A stretch of DNA of 63,170 nucleotides, the filler included, from Myxococcota bacterium (GTDB lineage Bacteria > Myxococcota > Myxococcia > Myxococcales > Myxococcaceae), in the NCBI GenBank assembly GCA_049322255.1. It is 3 parts of 3 records of this genome, joined end to end, with 100 filler letters (N's around TTAATTAATTAA, not from the genome) between each part and the next. Parts side by side here need not be neighbours in the genome. Positions count along the whole stretch, not along the records: positions 1 to 30,250 come from JBMORE010000040.1; positions 30,351 to 60,544 come from JBMORE010000041.1; 1 more part is not named here. The stretch is one strand, 5' to 3'. Made by a program: the position numbers and the translations under genes. Shown here in pieces: positions 23,826-34,774 of this stretch. The first letter of the stretch is position 1; the number at the start of each line of letters is the position of its first letter. The notes under the pieces were generated by a model that saw only the letters and a program-made list of their open reading frames with translations, ran no database searches and had not been told where the DNA came from.

Positions 23826-24848
23826 TCAGCGCCTCCGCCGTACCACCGCCGTCACCGGCTGAACCACCTTGTTCGCCGAGAAGAGGCGGTCGGCCGCCTC
23901 CACCAAATGCTCCGCGTACAGCACGTTGCGGCGAAGCCGGGCGGGAATGGCTTCGGTGCCCAAGTTGGCACCCATCAACGCCCCGCACGCCGCGGCGGTG
24001 ACGTCGGTCTCTCCGCCCAAGCGTAAGACCAGGCTGAGCGCCTCACGAAAATCGTGCGGTGCCTTGAGCAGGGCGTAGAGCGCCACCAGCAGCACCGGGG
24101 TGACGTGCGGAGGCACCCCCTCGTTCTCGGCGAGCAGCGCTGCCGGCACCCCGACTTTGCGAACATGGGCGAGCGCCCGCGGCGCCTCCCACGCCAAGGC
24201 GCGGGGAAGAAAGTGCAGCTCCTCGGCCAAGGAAGCGTCGAGCGGCTCGGCGGCGGCGGCGAGGGCGGTGCAGAAGGAAGAGGGAGTGAAGGGCTCTCCT
24301 TGAAGACACAGGGACACTCCTCGCGCTACCGCGGCGCAGGCGGCAGCGACGCAGGGGTCTTTATGGGTGATGACGGTGAGCACCGCCGCGTCGTGAACGA
24401 TGCGCTCGGGAAAAAGCGCGTGCCACAACCCCACCACCACTCCGCGGGAGAGCGCCGAAGGCTCGCGCACGCCGAACGGAGCGCCCGCGCTCATCCACGG
24501 GGTGCCGGCCAAGAGCCGCTGCGCAGCTTCGTTCACCTCGTGCGGCGCCTGGAGGATGACGCCCTCTTCCCAGAGCCAGGCCAGGTGTGCGGCGGCGCTG
24601 CGCCCGTCTATCTTCCCTTCGCGCGCCACGCTCTCGGCGGCGGCGAGGAGCAGTTGGGTGTCGTCGGAGAACTGACCCTTGGCGAACTTGCCCTTCGGCC
24701 GCGGGGCGAAGTCCTCGGCGAGCGCAGGCAAGCGGCCGAGGCTGTCGGGCGGTACCCCTCGCAGAGGAAAGCCCAGGGCGTCACCCACCGCGAAGCCAAG
24801 CACCGCTGCGCGGTACCGGTCTTGGAGCTCGGGGAAGGAGAGCGACAT
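23826..24848 (-). CDS. ADP-ribosylglycohydrolase family protein
   Basis: GDALG, SDDT, ITH, GGETDV..A..GALMGA..G...IP. Confidence 0.88.
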   Translation of the reverse strand: MSLSFPELQDRYRAAVLGFAVGDALGFPLRGVPPDSLGRLPALAEDFAPRPKGKFAKGQFSDDTQLLLAAAESVAREGKIDGRSAAAHLAWLWEEGVILQAPHEVNEAAQRLLAGTPWMSAGAPFGVREPSALSRGVVVGLWHALFPERIVHDAAVLTVITHKDPCVAAACAAVARGVSLCLQGEPFTPSSFCTALAAAAEPLDASLAEELHFLPRALAWEAPRALAHVRKVGVPAALLAENEGVPPHVTPVLLVALYALLKAPHDFREALSLVLRLGGETDVTAAACGALMGANLGTEAIPARLRRNVLYAEHLVEAADRLFSANKVVQPVTAVVRRRR

Positions 24849-24857
24849 CGGGACGCT

Positions 24858-27188
24858 TCAGGGGGTCAGTTCGTAGATGCCCTGCGGCTGAGCGCGAACG
24901 GAGCGGTCGATGACCAAGACCTTCCTACTCTCGGAGAGGACGAGGTACTGGTCGCCGTCGTAGTCGTCCACGTGGCGCGCCGCGCCGCTGTCCGGGTCGA
25001 CCCCCAAGAGCGGCACACCGCTGCTGGCGCTCTCCCGTACCACCGCGCGCGACCCGTCTCCCACGAAGTAGGTGTTCGTCGACCCAGCGTAGCTGTAGAG
25101 CGGGTAGGCATTGCGCCCGAGCTTCGTCGTTGCCGAAGTGTTCACGTTGACCAGCACGTCGTCGTCCGGCTCGTCGGCGAAGAGGTACTTGTCGTTGGCG
25201 CTGAACTGCCACGACGTCATCGTGGTCGACAGGTTAGTGGTGGCGCCGCCGAGCTGGCTGATGCGCCAGTTGAGCGTGCCGTCCACCCGCCAGAGCGCTG
25301 CTGACTCTTGGGGGGAGAAATTGGGCGCGCCATAGCCTACGGCCACCCTGCCCACCAGGGAGCCATTGTGGTCGGTCGTCGAGGCGAGGGTGAGGTCATT
25401 GTTGGCGTTGAGGTGCCAAAACCGCCGTCCCTTGGGGCTGAAGCCGAACGTCGAGGTCGGCCCGACGTAGGCTTTCACCGGGGCGGCGCTGGTCGCCGTC
25501 TTCACCTGTACCGTCCCGGTGTCATCGCGCAGCGCGATTTGGTTTCCCCCGGGCTGCAGCACGTGGAGAAAGCTCATCGCCTGGGAGTGTACCGTCACCA
25601 CCGGGCCCCCGGTGACGGGGACGGCGTCGAGGTTCACCGCCGACCCCGTGCCGTACACCGCCAAGGCGTGGCGGTCGTCGCCGGTGAAGCGAATCACGCC
25701 CGCGGGCTGCTGCAGAAGCCTCACCCCTGAGCCGGTGGCCCACGTCTGCAGCTCCGCCCCGTTGTACGAGAGCAGGGTCATGCCATCACCGTGGAAGCCG
25801 ATGCAGCTCACCGCCGCGCCCAGGGTGGTGCTGGCCCCGTTGGCGTACAAGCGCAGCGAGCTGGGGCCGGGGTTGCTCGGGGTGTGGTAGGCGACCCTGC
25901 CGTCGCTGGAAGCTTGGAAGTAGCTGTTGCCCAAGCGCGGCAGCTCCGCGGGGCAGCTGAGCGCCGGCGGCTCCACCCGCTCCACCGTCTGGGTCTGGCC
26001 GGTGACGAAGTCGAACACCATCAACATCGGGTTGGCCGCCACCGGGGTGCGGTCGAGGAAGAAGACCTTGTCGGCGACCAGCACCGGCGCCACCACGGTG
26101 CTCATCTTGGTGGTGAGCAAATGGAGCGCGCCGCCCACCAAGTCGACCGCGTACAACTCTTCGGCGTTGTTGGTGAGCCGAAACGCCAGCTTGGCGTAGT
26201 CGCTCTGAATCGAAACACTGAAGCTGGAATAGCTGGGCCCTACCCGCATCAGCTGGCGCGGCGTCGAAGCGTCGTCGAGGCGCAAAAGGTAAAGAAAGTA
26301 GTCGCCGTCGTAGTTGCCGATGGCGGTGAACAACAGCGCCTTGTGGTCGGGGGTGAGCACCCAGGAGTCCACGTAGCCCTCGAAGCGCCTCGCTCCCAGA
26401 TAGAGGCGCACGTCGTTGGGACGCAGCTGCCCGCCAGCTGCGGAGAATACGTTCTCCTGTTTCTCCGGTTGGTACCCCTCGGCGCTGAAGACCAGCGTCA
26501 CATAGCCCAGCGGCGCTCCAGTCAAAGTGTAGCTGCCCGAGGCATCGGTCTGCGCCGACAGTTGGGTGCCCTCGGCGGTGACGGTGATGCCCGAGTGGTC
26601 GGTCTTGTTGAAAAAGAAAGCCTTGCCGCTGATTTTTCCCGCCCCGTGCGCCACTTCGGAGAGAGTGAGAATCTGGTTCTCCACCGTGGCGCCATAGGGA
26701 ACATTCACTTGCGCGTAGCTCGGCTCGTAGCCGTCGCGCGCGGCCACCAACGTCTGGGTGCCGGCGGGCACTCGCTCGAGCAAGAAGGCCCCCTCTTCGC
26801 CTACCCGCTGGCGGGCCTCGCGCCCGCTGACGAACACCTCGGCCCCCGCCGCCCCGGTGGGCGAGAGGACCCGGCCCGACACTTTCCCCACCCCGGTGAG
26901 AGACATTTCCGGCACCTCGCCCTTGCCCAAGAGCACCTCCCCCCGGGCAAAGCCGCGGCCCTCGGCGGTGGAAGGCGCCGCTGCCTCCACCAGGTAGACG
27001 CCGTCGGGCAACCCCTCGAAGGTGTAGCTGCCATCAGAGGCCACGGGGGTTGCGCGGGTCACCACACCGGAGAGGGTGACCACCGCCAGCGAGGCATCGC
27101 CGCCGATGACGGTGACTCGGCCGGTGAGCTTGCCTGACGGGCCGCAGCCAGCGAGGGCGAGCAGCGCCCACCAGGAAAGCTTCTTCAT
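24858..27188 (-). CDS. Lipoprotein with carboxypeptidase-regulatory-like repeats and a C-terminal beta-propeller
   Basis: Lipobox LAG-C; three DG.Y.F..LP.G.Y-type Ig-like repeats; FSPxG/TolB-like blades. Confidence 0.75.
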   Translation of the reverse strand: MKKLSWWALLALAGCGPSGKLTGRVTVIGGDASLAVVTLSGVVTRATPVASDGSYTFEGLPDGVYLVEAAAPSTAEGRGFARGEVLLGKGEVPEMSLTGVGKVSGRVLSPTGAAGAEVFVSGREARQRVGEEGAFLLERVPAGTQTLVAARDGYEPSYAQVNVPYGATVENQILTLSEVAHGAGKISGKAFFFNKTDHSGITVTAEGTQLSAQTDASGSYTLTGAPLGYVTLVFSAEGYQPEKQENVFSAAGGQLRPNDVRLYLGARRFEGYVDSWVLTPDHKALLFTAIGNYDGDYFLYLLRLDDASTPRQLMRVGPSYSSFSVSIQSDYAKLAFRLTNNAEELYAVDLVGGALHLLTTKMSTVVAPVLVADKVFFLDRTPVAANPMLMVFDFVTGQTQTVERVEPPALSCPAELPRLGNSYFQASSDGRVAYHTPSNPGPSSLRLYANGASTTLGAAVSCIGFHGDGMTLLSYNGAELQTWATGSGVRLLQQPAGVIRFTGDDRHALAVYGTGSAVNLDAVPVTGGPVVTVHSQAMSFLHVLQPGGNQIALRDDTGTVQVKTATSAAPVKAYVGPTSTFGFSPKGRRFWHLNANNDLTLASTTDHNGSLVGRVAVGYGAPNFSPQESAALWRVDGTLNWRISQLGGATTNLSTTMTSWQFSANDKYLFADEPDDDVLVNVNTSATTKLGRNAYPLYSYAGSTNTYFVGDGSRAVVRESASSGVPLLGVDPDSGAARHVDDYDGDQYLVLSESRKVLVIDRSVRAQPQGIYELTP

Positions 27189-27212
27189 GTACAAAACCTC
27201 CGTGGAAGAGGG

Positions 27213-27467
27213 TCAGGCTGGCGAAACCTTAGACTGAAACGCCTCCAGGCGGGCGAGCACCGCATCCGCCCCTTGCTCCAGCCGTTCCCCGTCCCACAGG
27301 GCGGGTGCCGCCGTTCCTCCCCGCGCGGCAAAGTCGGCCTTCACCTCGTCGAAGGTGAGGTTCCGAAAGCGCACCTGCGGCAAAAGCCCGTGTTGCTCAA
27401 TCCACTTGCGCACCCGGGCGCTGGGAGGGTCGGCGATGAGGTGGAAGAATTCGAAGCGCGTCGGCAT
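27213..27467 (-). CDS. Small glutaredoxin/GST-N-like protein
   Basis: SARVR, cis-Pro motif APALWDG; no CxxC; abuts the atpC stop. Confidence 0.6.
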   Translation of the reverse strand: MPTRFEFFHLIADPPSARVRKWIEQHGLLPQVRFRNLTFDEVKADFAARGGTAAPALWDGERLEQGADAVLARLEAFQSKVSPA

Positions 27468-27872
27468 CTAACGCACGTGAACCGCGGCGATGCGGGCGGC
27501 CTCCACCTTGACGGCGGCCTGCTCGATGTCGAAGCGCGCGTCCTCGGCGCCCAGGCCCTTGAGGCGCTCCTGGGCTTGGGCGAGGCGCTTTTGCGCGGCG
27601 GCGACGTCGATGGCGGTGGTCGGCTCGGCGGAGTCGGCCAGCACCAGCACCCGGTCGTCGCCCACCTCCACGAAGCCGCCGGAGAGAAAGTACGTCTGCC
27701 GGGTGCTGCCTTCCTGGAGGGTCAGCACCCCGGGCTCCATCAGCGAGAGGAACGGGGTGTGGCCTGGGCGCACCCCGAACAGCCCGAGGTGCCCCGGGAT
27801 GACGGCCTCGTCCGCCTGCACCGACAGCAGCCGCTTCTCCGGGGTGACCACTTCCACGCTCAACTTGCCCAT
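27468..27872 (-). CDS. atpC: ATP synthase F1 epsilon subunit
   Basis: VEVVTPE, G..GV.PGHTP, SGGFVEV, VLADSA. Confidence 0.95.
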   Translation of the reverse strand: MGKLSVEVVTPEKRLLSVQADEAVIPGHLGLFGVRPGHTPFLSLMEPGVLTLQEGSTRQTYFLSGGFVEVGDDRVLVLADSAEPTTAIDVAAAQKRLAQAQERLKGLGAEDARFDIEQAAVKVEAARIAAVHVR

Positions 27873-27876
27873 GACG

Positions 27877-28404
27877 CTACTCCTGGCTTGCGAACCTCAA
27901 CCGAACGGTGCGCCGGTCCACCGTCTCGAATTCCACCTGGTCGCCTTCGGCCACCCGCGGCCCCTTGCCCGGCACGTCGACCACTCCCTCCAGCCACTTG
28001 AAGTGCTTTTTGAGCTGCCGCACTGCTTCGCGCCCCTTGGGGGGAACGAGGTCGCGCAGCGACTTCACTTGAAGGAGCGTTCCTTCCTTGTCGAAGAGCC
28101 GCGCCACCACCGCACTGTCCCAGCGCACCTTCTTGCCCTTCGGCTTCTGCGGCAGGGGGGTGAGCACCCAAAAGCGCTCCCCGTCGTTGGAGATGAAATA
28201 CAAGTCGTCGATGGAGCCGACGCACTCCTCGAGCTTCCAGGTGACCTCGGTACCACTCACTGCCTCGATGCGGCACTGGCCTTTGCCGACGTGAACGAAG
28301 CGAATGCCCCGGGCACCGTCGGAGGAGATTTGCGTCCGGCCGACGGTCTCTTCCGCCGCGGCAGGTGCGGCGAGCACCAGGGTCATCGCGACGGCGCGGA
28401 GCAC
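27877..28404 (-). CDS. Hypothetical secreted protein between atpD and atpC
   Basis: Signal peptide (LVLAAPAAA), tight 4-nt gaps to both neighbours. Confidence 0.7.
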   Translation of the reverse strand: MLRAVAMTLVLAAPAAAEETVGRTQISSDGARGIRFVHVGKGQCRIEAVSGTEVTWKLEECVGSIDDLYFISNDGERFWVLTPLPQKPKGKKVRWDSAVVARLFDKEGTLLQVKSLRDLVPPKGREAVRQLKKHFKWLEGVVDVPGKGPRVAEGDQVEFETVDRRTVRLRFASQE

Positions 28405-28408
28405 GACG

Positions 28409-29866
<1,458 letters not shown>

Positions 29867-30068
29867 CTAGAGGGGAAAAAGGCGCGCGCAACCTACCTAC
29901 CGGCCCCATGGAGGGTCAAGGACCAATGGACTGGCCAAAGCGAGCTTGGACTCTGGGTGTTTCAACCCCTGGGCCACGAGGATTTACCTGTGATGATCGG
30001 CAACTATGTTTGAGGGGCGGCCTTCCTGTCCGGGAAACAGAACGATTGGTCTCGGTGAAAGGACGTCC

Positions 30069-30170
30069 ATGAGGCACACGTCAAAATCCATGTCGACGAA
30101 TAGGAAATCTATGTCGACGAATAGGATTTCGATGCCGCCGACATAGTTTTTTGATGTTTCTGAATAGGGC
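30069..30170. repeat. Degenerate 21-bp tandem repeat (core ATGTCGACGAATAGGA)
   Basis: ATG at 30069, 30090, 30111, 30132, 30154; units 30090 and 30111 share 16 identical bases. Confidence 0.65.
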
Positions 30171-30222
30171 GGTGACTCGGCGACCGCGAGCTCCTCATCC
30201 CCGATGAAGGAGTCGATGTGCG

Positions 30223-30250
30223 CCCCTCACCCCTACCCTCTCCCAAAGGG
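30223..30250 (+). repeat. BoxC/REP-like element, copy 2 (cut by contig end)
   Basis: CCCCTCACCCCTACCCTCTCCCAAAGGG then gap. Confidence 0.75.
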
Positions 30251-30350
30251 NNNNNNNNNNNNNNNNNNNNNNNNNNNNNNNNNNNNNNNNNNNNTTAATT
30301 AATTAANNNNNNNNNNNNNNNNNNNNNNNNNNNNNNNNNNNNNNNNNNNN
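30251..30350. other. Artificial contig spacer
   Basis: N44 + TTAATTAATTAA (stops in all six frames) + N44. Confidence 0.97.
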
Positions 30351-30355
30351 CTAGC

Positions 30356-30964
30356 GTGGTGCTCGCCCTGGCCATCGCCGTCAGCCTCACCGCCCAGCCC
30401 GGCCTGCGCTTGCGCTACGAGCAGAAGTGCTACCACTGCCACTCGGAGGAGGTCGCCGAGCGCCCGCGCCTGACCGAAACGCAGTGGCGCGTGCTCATCG
30501 AACAGATGAGGCAGCGAGCTCCGCTGCTCATCAGCCGATCCGATGTTACCGTGCTCGCTCGATTCATGGCGCGGACGTTGAAGCTGGTGCCAGCGCGCCC
30601 CCCGGTGCGTTCGCCCCCTGAGCCCTCACGCCCACTCGTGGAGCTTCCACCGTTGCCGGCCGTCGTTCCACCGGTCGAACCTTCACCGGCTCCCGAACCA
30701 CCACCCGAGGTGGAGGTCGAGCCCGAGCCCAAGGAGGCCGAGCCGCAGCTCGACGAGGCTGCGGTGGCCTTGGAGACGGAAGGTTCGGCGCTGATGCGCC
30801 AGCGCTGCTCCAAGTGTCACAGCCTGGGGAGAGTCTACGGCAAGCTCGACAACCTCCCCCTGTCACTGGCCATCGTCGACCGCATGCGTTTCAAGACGGG
30901 GTCGGGCATCACCGAGGCGGAGGCGGAGGTGCTCAAGCGCTACCTGCGCGCCCAATTTCAGTGA
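30356..30964 (+). CDS. Periplasmic diheme c-type cytochrome, paralog 1
   Basis: Signal peptide; CYHCH and CSKCH each with a distal Met (EQMR, DRMR); Pro-rich linker. Confidence 0.8.
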   Translation: MVLALAIAVSLTAQPGLRLRYEQKCYHCHSEEVAERPRLTETQWRVLIEQMRQRAPLLISRSDVTVLARFMARTLKLVPARPPVRSPPEPSRPLVELPPLPAVVPPVEPSPAPEPPPEVEVEPEPKEAEPQLDEAAVALETEGSALMRQRCSKCHSLGRVYGKLDNLPLSLAIVDRMRFKTGSGITEAEAEVLKRYLRAQFQ

Positions 30965-30974
30965 GGGAACGCTC

Positions 30975-31619
30975 TCATCGCACCACCTTGACGGCGCCGG
31001 CCATTCCCACGCCCGCCTGGGTACCGTGCTTGCTACAGAAGAACCCGAAAACGCCGAGCGCACGATCGAACGTCACCGAGTAGGAGTTGCCGTTGCTCAC
31101 CGTGGCAATCGTGGCGATGGGGCCGCAGCTCTGCTCCAGAGGGTGGTCGCGGAAAGGACCCTCGAAGGTGATGCTCTGACCGAAGCGGACGCGGACGCAG
31201 GCAGGCCCAAAGCGGTCGCTGCCTACCGGGAACTGAATCACTCGCTGCGCGCTTTCGGCGGTGAAGTCCTCGAAGGTGGTGCACCCCGCGTACCCGAGCG
31301 GGCAGGAGCCGGAGGGCTCGGCGCAGCTGCCGCCGCGGCAGACGCCGGAGAGGCAGTCCAACGCGGTGGCGCAACGCCCCTGGAGGCCGCAGGGAGCGCA
31401 GGGACCGCCGCAGTCGACATCCGTCTCGCCAGCGTCGGCGTCCAACAGCGCGTTGCCGCACTCTTGGGGAGGAGGCCCGGCGTCTTCGCTGCTCGCGCCG
31501 GAGTCCTTCGTTTTCTCAGGAGGGCCGCCATCCACCCACTGGCCGACTTGAGGCACACAAGCGCAAGAGGCCACCAGAGCAGTTGCGAATGCGTGAAGCG
31601 GCCGACCGCTGGAGAGCAT
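30975..31619 (-). CDS. Lipoprotein with Cys-rich stalk and cupredoxin (plastocyanin-like) domain
   Basis: ETDVDCGG Cys module; type-1 Cu ligands DHPL and FFCSKHG...GMAGAV. Confidence 0.75.
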   Translation of the reverse strand: MLSSGRPLHAFATALVASCACVPQVGQWVDGGPPEKTKDSGASSEDAGPPPQECGNALLDADAGETDVDCGGPCAPCGLQGRCATALDCLSGVCRGGSCAEPSGSCPLGYAGCTTFEDFTAESAQRVIQFPVGSDRFGPACVRVRFGQSITFEGPFRDHPLEQSCGPIATIATVSNGNSYSVTFDRALGVFGFFCSKHGTQAGVGMAGAVKVVR

Positions 31620-31660
31620 GAGCGCGAGGAGCAGGCGAGGTTCGCCGATGTTACGACAGC

Positions 31661-33571
31661 TCACAGGCAGCAGCGGAAACCGATGTAGGAGGTGCCCGGC
31701 AGGTCCGCCCCCCGGTAGTCCTTGGCATCGCAGGCGAGCTTGGCGTCGCTCTGGAAGAACGAGCCGCCCAGAATGAGCATCTGGCTGCCGTTGTCGCGCG
31801 CGGTGTTCGTCCACTCCGCTACGTTCCCGGAGAGGTCGAAGACCCCGGTCTCGGAGACGCAAGCGGCGTGCGCGCCCGAAGGGGAGGGGCTCTTGGCTTT
31901 GGAGCTCCTCCCCAGGCAGCGCTTGCCGTCCACCCCTCGACAGGCCGCTTGCCACTCCGCCGCCGTGCACAGGTGCTTCTTCTGACGTCGGCACAACTCC
32001 ACCGCGTCGGCGAAGCTGACCTCCGTCGTCGGTACCCGCCCCGCCCGGTTGGGGTGCTCGTACCTGTCGATGTACCCCATCCCGGTGGGCACCATGCCGT
32101 TGTCCAGCGCCCAGACGAGCCGCTCCACCTCCTTTTTCAGGGAGTCATCCGGAGCGAGGGGTTGAAGCTGCGCGAGGAAGGAAAGATGTTGGGTGGCCGC
32201 GGTGACATCGGCGCTGGCGATGGCGCGCTGGATTTCCCGCTGGAGCGCCACCACCAGGGTTCCCTCGAGAGCCAACCATTCCCGGCGTTGGGGAAAGGCG
32301 CGTTGGGCGGCGAGCAGGTGATCGACGGCCGTATCGCCGGCAGCTCCCGCAGCGACGCCCCCGTCGAGGCGAGAGGTAATCGCGGCCAAGGCCTTGGCCA
32401 CCTCCGCATCCACCGGGTCTGACGTCGCGGACGGGGGCGAACGTGAAAACCAGAGAACCCCCACCCCTCCCAATGCCGCCAGCGCCAGCGCCGCTGCCAC
32501 CACCCACCCCTTCGACCGTGCCGGCACGGGGAGGCTCGAGGCGAGCTCCAGCACCTGGCTCACCGGCTTCGTCTCGGGCCGTGGAGCCGTCGGTACCCCC
32601 GCTCTCGTCGCCGGCGGCCGCCACGCCGGCTCAGTGCCGGCTTCCACGTCGACCATCGAGTCGAGGTCGGCCTCGAGGTCGGGGGGAAGGGCCGCTTTGA
32701 GCGCAGCTCTCACCACCCGCGCGCTGGAAGGGCGCTCTTCGGGGTTTTTGGCGAGAAGCTGGTCGACCAGGTGGGACAAGGCCAAAGGCAAGTCGGGGCG
32801 CAGCTCCGTGAGAGAAAGGTGCGGCTCTCCCAGGAGCTTGGAGAGAATCTCGGCGTAGGAGTCGCCGGTGAAAGGGGGGCGCCCGGTCAACAGCTCGTAC
32901 AGCATCGCTCCCACCGAGTAGAGGTCTGCCCGGTGATTGGCGTGTTTGGCCCCTTTGGCTTGCTCCGGAGCCATGTACAGGGGCGTTCCCAAAGAAGTGC
33001 CGCTGTGGGTGAGCTTCAAGTCGGAGAGCGCGGACTTCGAGAGCCCGAAGTCGAGCAGCTTCACCACCACTCCCTTGGGGGTCTGGGCGAGGAAGACGTT
33101 TTCGGGCTTCAAGTCCCGGTGGACGATTCCCCGCTCGTGCGCGGCGCCCAGCGCGTCGAGCAGCTCGTCGAGGACCCACGCGGCGTTTCCCACGGAAAAC
33201 GGACACTGGCGTGCAAGGCAGGCGCGGAGCGTCAGCCCCAAGAGGTGCTCCATGACGATGAACAGCTTGCCGTCCTCGGTGGTGCCCAGGTCGAGGACGT
33301 CGACGATGCCTGGGTGGCGAATGGCCGCGGCCGCCCAAGCTTCGGCGCGGAACCGGGCCGCGAATTCTTTGTCGGCGGCGAGGGGACCGTGCAGCATCTT
33401 GAGGGCCACCGTGCGGCCCAGGTCCTCGTTGAGAGCGAGGTACACCGCCCCCATGCCCCCGGCGCCGAGCACCTTCCGCACCCGGTATTTGGACCCGATG
33501 ACGGTTCCGAGCAGCGAATCTGACTGGTCTTCTGGAGTCACCTCGGCGTCCGTTGGCAAGGCACGGTGCAC
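31661..33571 (-). CDS. Ser/Thr receptor kinase with C-terminal FGE-sulfatase-like domain
   Basis: GAGGMG, VALK, HRDLKPEN, DFG, APE; TM; LCT.AEW, FDLSGNVAEW, IGFRCC. Confidence 0.9.
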   Translation of the reverse strand: MHRALPTDAEVTPEDQSDSLLGTVIGSKYRVRKVLGAGGMGAVYLALNEDLGRTVALKMLHGPLAADKEFAARFRAEAWAAAAIRHPGIVDVLDLGTTEDGKLFIVMEHLLGLTLRACLARQCPFSVGNAAWVLDELLDALGAAHERGIVHRDLKPENVFLAQTPKGVVVKLLDFGLSKSALSDLKLTHSGTSLGTPLYMAPEQAKGAKHANHRADLYSVGAMLYELLTGRPPFTGDSYAEILSKLLGEPHLSLTELRPDLPLALSHLVDQLLAKNPEERPSSARVVRAALKAALPPDLEADLDSMVDVEAGTEPAWRPPATRAGVPTAPRPETKPVSQVLELASSLPVPARSKGWVVAAALALAALGGVGVLWFSRSPPSATSDPVDAEVAKALAAITSRLDGGVAAGAAGDTAVDHLLAAQRAFPQRREWLALEGTLVVALQREIQRAIASADVTAATQHLSFLAQLQPLAPDDSLKKEVERLVWALDNGMVPTGMGYIDRYEHPNRAGRVPTTEVSFADAVELCRRQKKHLCTAAEWQAACRGVDGKRCLGRSSKAKSPSPSGAHAACVSETGVFDLSGNVAEWTNTARDNGSQMLILGGSFFQSDAKLACDAKDYRGADLPGTSYIGFRCCL

Positions 33572-33655
33572 AGGACTCTAGCAACCCGGACCGCCAATGG
33601 TATCCTCAGCTCGTCCATGTCCCGGCGCACGCTCAGATCGGAGGGGAGCTGCTTC

Positions 33656-34768
33656 ATGACACGCTCGTTCGTCCTCGCCGCCCTGGGGGCCGTGCTGGGT
33701 GCGACGCCGGCGCTGGCGGTGGGGTTTCAGTTCGCCGGCTCGGGCGCGGCCGACTACCGCGCCTACGTGGGGCAACAGTCGAAGCAGCTGTCCACGCCCT
33801 TGGGCGCCAACTCCATCGGCATCAGCTCCCTCACCCTCGAAGTGGCCAACAAGGTCGTGGTCGACGTCGCCAAAGGGGTGAACATCAACGTCAAGATGTG
33901 CTTCGGCTGCCACGGGCTCGAGCTCGACCAGGGCTACGCCGAGATTCAGGCCAACGACTACTTCAACGTACGGCTGGGTCGAATCAACGTGCCGGTGGGC
34001 GAGTTCAACGTGCGTCACGACCCGGCGAACTTCACCACCCCCTCCAAGCCGCTGCCCTACGTGATGGGGGACATGCTCTTTTACGGCCAGGAGCAGTTCA
34101 ACTTGGGCGTCATCCCCACGCCGTACAGCGACAACGGCGTCGAGGTCTTCGGCAGTGCCTGGCTGTTTCGCAAGGTGCAGCTCGACTACTCGGTGTACGC
34201 GGTCAAAGGTCTGGTCGGCACCAACGACATCGACTTCAAGCAGACACGCGCCTACCCCGACAACAACGCCACCCCGGCCGTGGGAGCGCGCGCGGTGGCG
34301 TCGGTGGGCCCCTTTGCTCTGGGGGGGTCGGTGGGAGGTGGCTACTACGACAAGGATCAGCAGCTGCGCTACGCGCTCTACGGCGCCGACTTCTACGGCA
34401 AGTGGAACCGATTCGTCTTGCGGGCGGAAGCCATCGTGCGGCGAACCGATTGGGACCCCACCCAGGAGTACCTCTATGAGCGCAGGGAAGGTTACTTCCT
34501 CAAGGTGGGGTACTACGGCCAACTGGACTTCGAGCTGAACCCCGAGTGGACTTTCGTGTACCGCTTCGACGGCTTGTCCCGACGCGGCATGCCCTTGCCC
34601 TCGTCTCCGCTCACCGATCGCGCCGACATCACCCGACACACGGCGGCGGTGGCGGTACGGCTGGGCGGTAACGTCTTGCTCAAAGGGGGCTACGAGAATT
34701 GGCGGTTCAGCGGAGTGCCTTACGAAAACCAGCACGCGGGCCGACTCGTCCTCGTCTACAGCTACTAG
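33656..34768 (+). CDS. Outer-membrane beta-barrel (porin-like) with a CxxCH motif
   Basis: Signal peptide, amphipathic strands, NVRLGRINVPVG, terminal aromatic beta-signal LVLVYSY; CFGCH at 33899-33913. Confidence 0.75.
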   Translation: MTRSFVLAALGAVLGATPALAVGFQFAGSGAADYRAYVGQQSKQLSTPLGANSIGISSLTLEVANKVVVDVAKGVNINVKMCFGCHGLELDQGYAEIQANDYFNVRLGRINVPVGEFNVRHDPANFTTPSKPLPYVMGDMLFYGQEQFNLGVIPTPYSDNGVEVFGSAWLFRKVQLDYSVYAVKGLVGTNDIDFKQTRAYPDNNATPAVGARAVASVGPFALGGSVGGGYYDKDQQLRYALYGADFYGKWNRFVLRAEAIVRRTDWDPTQEYLYERREGYFLKVGYYGQLDFELNPEWTFVYRFDGLSRRGMPLPSSPLTDRADITRHTAAVAVRLGGNVLLKGGYENWRFSGVPYENQHAGRLVLVYSY

Positions 34769-34774
34769 ACGCTC

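Noticed and set aside
23826..24848. Antitoxin of an ADP-ribosylating toxin system or DraG of nitrogenase control
   Set aside because: No ADP-ribosyltransferase or nif gene nearby
30069..30170. CRISPR array
   Set aside because: Units are tandem and degenerate with no unique spacers; no cas genes
30295..30306. TTAATTAATTAA palindrome (also 60589-60600) as a biological motif
   Set aside because: Centred in identical N44 flanks; an artificial six-frame-stop contig linker
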